Shown: piece after piece, positions 20,534 through 29,604 of the stretch
Layout of the letters: the number at the start of each line of letters is the position of its first letter
How positions within the stretch are numbered: position 1 is the stretch's first letter
From: Andalucia godoyi And28
Lineage: Eukaryota > Protista > Jakobida
NCBI GenBank assembly: GCA_009859145.1
Contig: VRVR01000003.1
Coordinates: 71,315 to 135,314, forward strand
Length of the DNA stretch: 64,000 nucleotides
Direction of reading: 5' to 3'
Position numbers and translations under genes: made by a program
Notes under the pieces: model-generated
What the model was told of the DNA's origin: nothing
Database searches by the model: none
The model's input: the letters and a program-made list of their open reading frames with translations, nothing else

Positions 20534-23500
20534 TCAAGTCATGGCGACGAATCGAAGTGAGTACGAACCCGTGGCAAGAGCGACAACCAGCTTGGTGCGG
20601 ATGTGCAGCGGTGCATTCTTGATGATAAACTGAAGCACATCTTCGTTTCGAGGCCCAAAATCCGTTCGACAGCGCGTAAACAGACTGTCGACCATGATTT
20701 GCTGTGTTGGGACATCAAACCGGACGTGGTTCTCCAAAAATTGGGCCGCATAGTACTCGACGGATTGACTATGTGTACCCCCAACCGACATGATGCAGAC
20801 GATTCCTGGACTTGAAAACTCTAAGTAGGCGTGGTAGAGCGATTTGAAAGTCAGCAGCGCAAAATGAATTCGTCCGTCCACAGGCGACAAATGATTTGCA
20901 AAGAAAATCCGCGGATCAACAGGACAATCCGATCGGAACTGCCGAAGAATGCGGCCCGGCCGACGACTGTTGGATCGTAGGATTCCGTGTTTGATGTCGG
21001 AGAGCGTAAATCGATGACCTCCAACAACATACGCAAAGCTGTCATAGAAGAGCGAGTTCTCCGCAACAGTGTCAATGTTCTCGATGAATGGGATGTGCTC
21101 GTGGAACACGACCAGCACTGCATGGACAAACAATGCATTGTAGACGTTGATCCAAAAGAGAATAGCTTCTTCGCGATCCAGCGTCAGCAAGTCCACAAAC
21201 TGCAGTTCTGCAACGCGCTGGTGATACTGCTCAAACGACACCGAGTTGAGGATTCCGTGCATCGCAACTGACTTGAGGTGGAACAGCGCTCCGTACTGAA
21301 AGCCGTAGGACTTGGCCCAGAATGGAATGTCCGTGTGTTTTTGAATCGGAGTGATGACTCGAAACTGCTGAATCGACGAATTGAGATTGATCACAAGAGA
21401 GGCGGCAAGCTCGAAAGGATCATTTGTCAGGACATCGCAATTGTCGCCCATGTTCAGGACGACAACATGAATGTCATGGAAGAAACGATAAATTGAAAAA
21501 TCATTGCCGAACGTCGTCATTTCCCTGTTCGTAAACAGGAAAGGTGACATCGCAAGAAACAGCTCGCTGGACACGGCAGACCGGGACTGCAAAATACGAG
21601 CTTCAATCACAGCGCGTCCAAACTGGTCGGGAGACTTTGCTGCTGCACCCGCAATAGGACTATCAAGGCCGTTGGTCGGAGAAAATGCATATTCAGAGGA
21701 CGGCGACATGACAAACTGCGTGGGCAGCACAATGTTGCGAGCGTGTTTGTCACTAAAAATCGGCAATAGACTCGCAAAGCAGAACGATTCTTGCAGAAAC
21801 GCAAGAAACGTCACGCATTCATCAACATTCTTGAACTTGACACTGTGAGGACCATTCAGATTCCAGAATTCAAATCGATCCCAGTTCGTCGAAAACCATT
21901 CTATGAGATCGCAGGCAACAAAACTGGACTGAAACGTCAGTCCCGAGTGAATCAGATCCGTGAAGCCCGTTCCAAAAGCACCGATGTGCCGAACGCGGTG
22001 GCAGATGGGCACCTCGCGCCGCATCGCGTCAATGAGAATGCGGATAGCACACTCCATCTCGTTGATTGAACGAGAATATCCAAAGTACTGATTGCATTTT
22101 TGTACAAAAGGGTCGGGATGCAGCAAGATCGCAGACGACATTTTCTGCAGATGTGGAATCACGGAGCTGTCCTTGAAGTGGTTCGCATTTCGAACGTGCA
22201 GCACGGGTGCCAAGTTCGACTTGCCTGCAAACCGTTCGCCAAATTTCTCCTGCGACTTTTCCTTTTCCGAACCCATCGATTCACCGCCAGGGATTGTGGA
22301 AGACGGCGGGCCTTCGGAGGGATCGACAGAATTTCCTTGCAAATCCACGGCAGACTTATAAATCAGTTCGTCGGCGCGACTCACGGAAAATGCACTGAAG
22401 AGCTCAAACGACGTGGAAATGGCGACCATGCCAGAGAGAAAATCCGTATGATCGACCAACTGATGATGGCTCTGGAGATACCGGTTATAGAATTGGTAAT
22501 CTCCCGCAGATAGATTGAGCTGAATTTCCACCCCGTCGTCCGGGCTAAGGAACAAGTTTCGACGAAACCGCGGAAGAGACGCGGCATCGTCGACGTATTC
22601 GACGCTCGTCGGAGGCGATAAATAGCTCCTCCACTCCGCTTCAAAGTAAGGTACGAAGTGCGGACGATCTCCGGGGGTGAGTTTGTACGTAGGATTCACA
22701 ACCAGCACGGACGAAAACGACGGAGCCTGAAACTCCGCGTCCACTGACTCATCGGGACCTTTAGGTGCACCGGCAGGCGGCGAATTCGCTCGGCTATCTG
22801 CCGATGGCACCACAGGATGAAACCTTGTCACTGCTGTCTCGGACAAGCATATCCAGTGAAAATCCTTGAACCATATGTCCAGATCTGACAGCTGCCAACT
22901 TTCATAGGCATTATGGAAGTACTCGGAGCGCATGAACTTGCGTGGTACTTCAAGAAGCACCGGCATCAAATACTTGCTGGGCAGCACATCCTCTGCCACG
23001 GGCGTCCGCTTGAACAACACCCCGGCTTTGGAATGCAAATACACGTCGGATTCAAGCTCCCACAAATGCTCCGAAACATTGACGGAAGGGACAAAGTTGC
23101 CAAGGAATAGATTGATCGCATCCTGCTTCTCCGAGTCCGTAAAATTGTTGGAATAAAACCGCTGAATGTTCGTGACAAGATCCCATGACATTCCACGTCG
23201 GTGCACGCCAACAGAGACCGTTGGTGAACCGCCGTATTGCACCGCCAGACGATCACCCATGATGTCAAACAAGTCCAGAAACGAACCGACTATCTCATTC
23301 TTACCGTCCACGGATACAGCTTCTTCGGAAAGCCCCAATTCTGCAATCTGCGAGGCAAGAACAGAACGGCCAAGGCAAAACTGTGCAATGTTCGTGCGGT
23401 CAATGCAGTCAATACAATTGGTTCGCACAACACCGACCTGTACGGATGGAACCTGTCCGCAAGTTGAGAAAAATCCAATCTGTCGAACAGCACGTTCTGC

Positions 23501-25792
23501 CACAGAGGCCAAATCGTTCAACACAAGAAACGGTGAAATTTTGGACGCCCGTCGAAAATCCCAGCTAATGAATTCAATAACTTCATTATTTGGACGTCCC
23601 AGCATCCGCGACTTCCTGTTGAGAAATGCCACTGCAGAAGAGAAGGCTTTCCCAATGAGAGTCTCTCGTGGCGTCTTTTCAACTTTCCGAAGCAAGTTCA
23701 AAACGATTATGCGACCAAACCGATTTCGCAGACTGGTGAAGTGACGGTTTGTTACCGCGCACTCGGAATCAAAGAGGCCCATGATAATGTCCGGTTTTGG
23801 CTTGACGATCTTCGTATTGGCCACGGAGTGCGACCAATACAATGGAATGGAGCCCCGTACCTGAACGAACGACGTAATGTTCCCACGGGAGCCAAGGAAC
23901 CCGAAAGACGAGGTGTCACACAAGATTTGCTCGCACTCGACTTCATTTGCAACATGACCCTCTTCGTCGGCTCCTCGCTTGAGATACCGAGTTCCGGCGA
24001 AATACCTGCTGCGTCTTGCAATGAGCACTAGATCCACCAGACGCCCTCTGGATAAGATGCGAGTCTGTCCGAACCACCCATGAATGACGGGAAGATACCA
24101 ACCCTGCATGTCCGTAGCTTGATTTGAAAATTCGGAAAACAAAAACTGATTCCACACAAACATGGAGTTTTTCCCAAGAACTGGAGAGTGAATGCCAGTT
24201 TCGGCGGTCGTCATGTTCCGTTGAAGCGAACTTGACAGGTCGTAAGTGTACGAAAAATAGAAATCCGAAGTCAGATCCAAGTGCTGGAAAATCTCGCGAT
24301 ACCGAGACTCCAGATCCTTGCCAAACATCTTGCGACCGGAAATATCGAACAGTGGAATTAAAGAAGTTTGCTCGACGCTGTACACGATATGTCCAGCAAT
24401 GGATCCAACAATGCGACGATCCGTAACAACGAGCATGTAGTATCCTTTGAGGAAACGAATGAACCCAAGGATCCCATAGCCCGCTACACGACAGGGTAGC
24501 ACGGGCTTCACATTCGGCTTCTTCAACAGCGACTGACATTCAAAGGCCTTGAGATTCAGCAATTCCGAAACCTTCCACTGGTCATACGTGATGGGGTCCG
24601 TTCGAATCACCAACTCTCCATCCGAACTGGGATCTAGCGATCTCCTGATTGTGAGAATTTTGTGCAGCAGACCATCTTCTGTGGAAGCAACAACCACAAA
24701 CTCTTTCGGGGTCTCGTAGAGCACGAATCTCTCGTATTTGCGCTGCACGATATTCAGAAAATACTTCTCCGAAAACGCGGTTCTTCTGGTCACGGAACCA
24801 ACGAACGGCGCGCGCATCCCTCCGAAGAAGAAAGCGCGATGAAGGACAAAACTCTCAAGCGCAGAAACAACCTTGGGTTCATAGTCCCGAGAGCTTCCTC
24901 GCAATTCATACACACGCCCGGTGTGCACAAGACCAAAATACGGCTGCAGATTGATCAGGTTGCGCGAGTTGAAAAACTGAAACGGTTCTACGGTCCAGTT
25001 GAATGTTTGGGGGTGCATGCGAATAATTTGAAGATCTGATTCCAACCGAGCCACAAGATAGTCTGCGCCGACAGCAAAGTCTGTCCACGTCACACTGGGT
25101 GCCGGCGAAACTACCCGCACCCATGTCTCTGCTTTCCGAGGACCCTTCATCCTCGATCGTCCGAACAGTTCCATGCGATCAGACAGTGCACAAATGTACG
25201 TGCTTCCCAAGAAATATCTCACCCATGATCTCTCCACAGGAGGCGCGTCCATTTCCTCAAAGACGCCATCGTCGAAATTGTAAATCCATATTTGGGTATC
25301 TGTGTCGTCGGTCGCCGCAATGCCAAAATGCGAAACGTACACCTTGTTTGCATTTCTTCTCGATCGAAGGAAGACGCGCTCCGCATTCAAACAGACCGGA
25401 ACGTCTTCGCTCCAGTATTCGCAGTAGCTTGCAAAATGCGGGTGTTTGGACACAAAAAACTCGTCAGAGGTTCGTAGAATAAGCGTTTGGTTCACAAATC
25501 CAAGAATTTCAAATTCTTGGATCAAAACGGACGGATTATTCGGTGTCAAGACTTCCACTCGATGCCACTTTTGTAGATGTTGCGCCGACGTACACCACAC
25601 TTGGTCCAGGAAGCTTGCAAACAAGCATTCGGCGGTGTGATGGAACATGACCGCAGATCCGTGAGGCAGCAGTGCAGCAGGAAGATTGAAAACACGTACA
25701 TCCTCCGCACTTTCTCCAACCGTGCCATAAATGAGAACCGGATCACGCTCGGAAAGAAGTGAGTCTCCCGGTTGCGCTTCCGTCGCTTTCAT
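20534..25792 (-). CDS. FIG4: FIG4/SAC-family phosphoinositide phosphatase with N-terminal propeller-like region and C-terminal DEP-like plus DUF547-like region
   Basis: YGILGFIRFLKGYY, DFYFSYTYDLS, RRSRYFAGTRYLKRG, QVRGSIPLYW and catalytic RTNCIDCIDRT. Later FVACDLIEWF, LFWINVYNAL, IKHGILRSN and DGRIHFAL. First ATG at 25792. Confidence 0.88.
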   Translation of the reverse strand: MKATEAQPGDSLLSERDPVLIYGTVGESAEDVRVFNLPAALLPHGSAVMFHHTAECLFASFLDQVWCTSAQHLQKWHRVEVLTPNNPSVLIQEFEILGFVNQTLILRTSDEFFVSKHPHFASYCEYWSEDVPVCLNAERVFLRSRRNANKVYVSHFGIAATDDTDTQIWIYNFDDGVFEEMDAPPVERSWVRYFLGSTYICALSDRMELFGRSRMKGPRKAETWVRVVSPAPSVTWTDFAVGADYLVARLESDLQIIRMHPQTFNWTVEPFQFFNSRNLINLQPYFGLVHTGRVYELRGSSRDYEPKVVSALESFVLHRAFFFGGMRAPFVGSVTRRTAFSEKYFLNIVQRKYERFVLYETPKEFVVVASTEDGLLHKILTIRRSLDPSSDGELVIRTDPITYDQWKVSELLNLKAFECQSLLKKPNVKPVLPCRVAGYGILGFIRFLKGYYMLVVTDRRIVGSIAGHIVYSVEQTSLIPLFDISGRKMFGKDLESRYREIFQHLDLTSDFYFSYTYDLSSSLQRNMTTAETGIHSPVLGKNSMFVWNQFLFSEFSNQATDMQGWYLPVIHGWFGQTRILSRGRLVDLVLIARRSRYFAGTRYLKRGADEEGHVANEVECEQILCDTSSFGFLGSRGNITSFVQVRGSIPLYWSHSVANTKIVKPKPDIIMGLFDSECAVTNRHFTSLRNRFGRIIVLNLLRKVEKTPRETLIGKAFSSAVAFLNRKSRMLGRPNNEVIEFISWDFRRASKISPFLVLNDLASVAERAVRQIGFFSTCGQVPSVQVGVVRTNCIDCIDRTNIAQFCLGRSVLASQIAELGLSEEAVSVDGKNEIVGSFLDLFDIMGDRLAVQYGGSPTVSVGVHRRGMSWDLVTNIQRFYSNNFTDSEKQDAINLFLGNFVPSVNVSEHLWELESDVYLHSKAGVLFKRTPVAEDVLPSKYLMPVLLEVPRKFMRSEYFHNAYESWQLSDLDIWFKDFHWICLSETAVTRFHPVVPSADSRANSPPAGAPKGPDESVDAEFQAPSFSSVLVVNPTYKLTPGDRPHFVPYFEAEWRSYLSPPTSVEYVDDAASLPRFRRNLFLSPDDGVEIQLNLSAGDYQFYNRYLQSHHQLVDHTDFLSGMVAISTSFELFSAFSVSRADELIYKSAVDLQGNSVDPSEGPPSSTIPGGESMGSEKEKSQEKFGERFAGKSNLAPVLHVRNANHFKDSSVIPHLQKMSSAILLHPDPFVQKCNQYFGYSRSINEMECAIRILIDAMRREVPICHRVRHIGAFGTGFTDLIHSGLTFQSSFVACDLIEWFSTNWDRFEFWNLNGPHSVKFKNVDECVTFLAFLQESFCFASLLPIFSDKHARNIVLPTQFVMSPSSEYAFSPTNGLDSPIAGAAAKSPDQFGRAVIEARILQSRSAVSSELFLAMSPFLFTNREMTTFGNDFSIYRFFHDIHVVVLNMGDNCDVLTNDPFELAASLVINLNSSIQQFRVITPIQKHTDIPFWAKSYGFQYGALFHLKSVAMHGILNSVSFEQYHQRVAELQFVDLLTLDREEAILFWINVYNALFVHAVLVVFHEHIPFIENIDTVAENSLFYDSFAYVVGGHRFTLSDIKHGILRSNSRRPGRILRQFRSDCPVDPRIFFANHLSPVDGRIHFALLTFKSLYHAYLEFSSPGIVCIMSVGGTHSQSVEYYAAQFLENHVRFDVPTQQIMVDSLFTRCRTDFGPRNEDVLQFIIKNAPLHIRTKLVVALATGSYSLRFVAMT

Positions 25793-26533
25793 TTCGTGTC
25801 TTCGCACTGAATCCGCAGTAGAAGATACTCGATAAAACCCACAATCAATAGGAGTTCGGATCTGGTCTTCTCGAGTTGGGAAAGGGAGAAATTCAAGACG
25901 TGTTCTTGCAAATTAAACAGGCCTCTAGAGTGTTGACACCTGTCGACACTACGTGCGGAGAAACTGCAGAAGACGGGTGGTGCCTTCAGCCAGGGTTGAT
26001 ACCCCAGAGTTCCCGGGATACAGACGAATGTTGCCAAGTGGATCGAGCACAGCAATAAAAGATAATGCAACCTCTAAGAATAAAAGAAACATGAACACAA
26101 AGCACCCACGGGGACAACATGGTTTCGTGGGCTGGCGCTGATCCCGCACTGCGAACCGACTGTGGCTGCATTCTGCGATTAATTGGGCTGTTGGAACTCA
26201 CGGGCTAGTGCTCGTGCCGCAGATGGTCGTAGAGAATGAGGCTGTGCAGGGACAAACGCAGCGAGCAACCCTGTGTGCTGTTATGCCACAGCAAACTGTG
26301 CTCCAAGCATCCCCCCTTTGGCCACGATGATCGACCCTACGTACATGCATTGCGTACCGTTCGTGCGGATACTGACCGATCTACATGGACAGCTTTATAG
26401 GCAGAGTAAATATCATACAGCAAATTAAAAATTATATATAAAAAAAGAAACGAACAACAAACAATATTCTAAGAGGAGACGAACGGGAGAAAGCGCCGAC
26501 GACCGAGCAGGTGGGAAACTGCGACCAACTTCG

Positions 26534-27121
26534 CTACTTTTTCACAAGCCTGCTTGATCTTCTTGGCTCCAAACTCAGAGGTGCGGACACTGGCGCGATG
26601 GCATTGTGCGCCACTCCTGTACTTCGCAGCGATCTCTTTTCGCCGACGTTGCTATGTTGAGGTGAAGACACGGTGGACTCGTTGGTGCTATTCGTTGTGC
26701 CTGCACTGCCAGGAGTCTCAGCATCCATGGCTGATGCAAACCCTCCCGATGCAGCGGCATGAACGGTGTTTTCCGGGACAGTGAGCGAAAGAGAGAACGG
26801 AACAGGGGCAGGAAGGCCAAAGTCCTGCTTAACTGACGGCTTCAACGGGGTTACGTCATAATACTGGGGGAGTTGGGGCTCTGCAGCAAAGTCCAGACTT
26901 GGGTGTGCGAGCGCATCTCGTACAAGGATTGAACGAGCTCGTTTTGCCGGCGGGACCTTACTTGCGAGACCAGAAGGCTTACTAGCACACGGAATGCACA
27001 TGCCTTCGATGCATGCATCGCGCATTACAACTTCCTTACAAACGAGACAAAGCACAAGATGCGGCCCGGCATTCGACGGATGGGTTCCAAATCGAAACAG
27101 ATGTGCCGTATCCAGCCGCAT
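26534..27121 (-). CDS. Ataxin-7/Sgf73-like N-terminal zinc-finger protein; 5' structure uncertain (frame open to 27448, intron-like tract about 27165-27255)
   Basis: MRLDTAHLFRFGTHP...LVLCLVCKEVV fits the M.L......FG..P.....LV.C..C..VV pattern of ATXN7. Low-complexity tail with a basic end. Confidence 0.55.
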   Translation of the reverse strand: MRLDTAHLFRFGTHPSNAGPHLVLCLVCKEVVMRDACIEGMCIPCASKPSGLASKVPPAKRARSILVRDALAHPSLDFAAEPQLPQYYDVTPLKPSVKQDFGLPAPVPFSLSLTVPENTVHAAASGGFASAMDAETPGSAGTTNSTNESTVSSPQHSNVGEKRSLRSTGVAHNAIAPVSAPLSLEPRRSSRLVKK

Positions 27122-27671
27122 TACGTGAGAGTGTGGATCGTGACTTTTGATTAATCGATCTCCTATCCAGCAAAAAAAAAAAACAACAACAACAACAAAC
27201 AAACAATAATTAACAGAAAGCGTCAAAAGTAAGTTACATTCCCACACATGCACACACCCTCTGTCACTCTCTTTCATCAAGAGTCGCTTGAATGATGCCA
27301 CAGCGGCAGCATTGAACCAGGGGGGATGAAAAAAGTAATTAAAAAACTGGTAAAGCAAGCCGTACGTGGAATGGAAGAAAGAATATCCTCCCAAGAGCGA
27401 CCAGCATGGGCTTCGAGGATATCCGATAAATTCATATAGCCCGGCCACGAATTCCCTGTGGTCTTCCTTTTTTTTTTCCTTTCTTCTTCTTTAAAAATAA
27501 AAGAAAGAAAGAAAAAAAAAACAAGGCAGACAATGCTTTACACGACGTCAAATCACGGAGGATATGGGATTTCGGGGGCAATGAGAGAAACCGCGGAAAA
27601 CGAAATATCGTCTGTGAAATCAAGATCTGCGAAAAAATAACAACAAAATAAACTGCAAAATAAAAACAAAA

Positions 27672-28254
27672 CACGTCATTGCCATCCATTCGGATGCATA
27701 AACAGACACACGGTCAATACTGGCCGACACTAGCACGTTTGTTCCACAGGGAATTCGTGCTTACGCGCGCTCGGCCAAAATTCAGCCGGTGGCACAGGCT
27801 CCGCTTTTTCGACACTCTTTAACGCAGCATCCGTAGCCATCTGTTCTATCATTCGTTGGTTTCACTTTATTAATTCAAATATGGATGTGAGTGCGCTCGG
27901 ATGACGCATTCGCCTACACCTACTCCGCTCGATACAGGGCCTCCTAGGTCCCGCAGACCTCCTAAGAGACCGCCTCTTCCTCTCGCATCTCCAGCTGCAT
28001 CAATCGCTGCAACTGAGGACACGAAAGCGCTTGCTGCTAGTGCCGTCAGAATCAAAATGCACCCTTCTCAGGAACAACGTGTCTCGCCGAGAAAGTGGCT
28101 CACAGATTGATCGAGATTGGGAACGGAGCGCGGAACATTTATCTGAAGAGCGCCGTGAGGCGTGTTGGGGTCTATCCCCTTCCTGGCAACGGGATGCAAG
28201 ATTGAATATGCATGTCTATTCGTTGATATGCATGTTCAGTGTAGAATGTAGGCG
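27672..28254 (+). repeat. Dispersed structured repeat, copy 2
   Basis: Aligns to the reverse complement of 248-830 at both ends. The central about 110 nt differs. Confidence 0.95.
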
Positions 28255-28569
28255 CTTGGTCGAAAAATGAGCATCATCATGCATCAATTTCTACAAAAAT
28301 GGCAAAGTGAATTGATGGTCTTTTCGCATGCTTTCACAAACAGTAAATCCTATAGCTCAAAACGTCTGGTGGACGGCTGTGCTATATCATCGGATAGTAT
28401 GGCTGAAGATGTGCTGGTCGAGGCCCCATGAGAGACACTGTCGAATGTTGACAATCCGATTCCTTGTAATCGATGATGGGGGCTGATGCTGATTGTGAAA
28501 GTCCCTTTACACCAAAAAAACAACTTTGTTTGTTTGTATGTTACACGCATTGGTCCGTGTTTTGTCACA

Positions 28570-28902
28570 TGGGATCTCGATGTACGTGACGATCCCCTGC
28601 GACGCCTGAGAGCGGATCAGGAGCGTCCAAACGGGATCTCACACCATTCCCGATGTACATCATCAAGCGCATGGTGCAATTTTGGCGAAAAACTCGTGGT
28701 ACTCAGCGTGGATATACACACTCACCGGAATGAATAAGAAAGACCTTATGCACAATTCAAAGCGGAAGTTTCGAGCCCGAGGCACCCCAATCACATTATA
28801 CTTTCGAAAATTTCCAAACGTCGGAGGGTTGAAGGGCCAGCAGCCAACGTTGATGATGCATCGTCAGCGATGGCTGTGGATGATCAGTGTACAATGCAAG
28901 CG
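28570..28902 (+). repeat. Degenerate repeat-family copy in tandem downstream of copy 2
   Basis: 28846-28902 matches 6726-6782 at 39/57 positions without gaps. It also carries TCCAAA..GGGATCT and AACTCGTGGT, which other copies share. Confidence 0.55.
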
Positions 28903-29604
28903 GGACAGTTTGTTGTGCATGTATATGCGTGTGTTCAGAAAAAGAAACGGGAAAGATTCGCCAGTCCTTTTTTGACTTGGCTCGAGCACCCGTCTGAAAA
29001 TGTCACACAAAAACAAGCACAAAAGAAAAGAAAAGAAAAGAAAACAATAACAACAACAACAAAAAAAAAACGGTTTCAATGACGAGTGGCGGCGAGCGGT
29101 CCCGAGAGCACGGAGGTCCGCTTGGATACTGGGGTGTTTTCACTGGAAATCAGCACAGCACCTTAAATCAGGTGCGTGTATGCCAAACACGGATTGGTTC
29201 CCGCAGACACTGTAACAATGGCTTTATCGTAATAGGTTTACACGCTTCTAGTGAAAAGAGTTGGACTGTTCTAGTCTTCCTTCTGCAAGTTCTACCAACC
29301 GATGGAGCATACAATTTCGTGCAATGGCAGGTACTTCAACCTGTTTCAACAGCACAGACGTCGTGGAGCACGCATTTTTCAACAACAACCTGATACTCAC
29401 CAATCTCACATCAGTGTTTTTCTTCTTCTTCACATTGTTTGATTTTTTCCCCCCATCTATTTTGGTTCCTGCAAAAGTCAAAGACAAATCAGTTCGAAAC
29501 GAAACGAACAACAACAGCATCAAAAAAAAAAAAAAGCAAAGCAAAGCAAAGCAAAGCAAAGAAACAAAGCATAGTAGGCAGCATATCATAGTAATCTGAC
29601 AACA

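Noticed and set aside
26225-26260. CAGG...AGC as SRP RNA helix 8
   Set aside because: No GNRA-capped pairing between the motifs and no Alu-domain UGUNR context.
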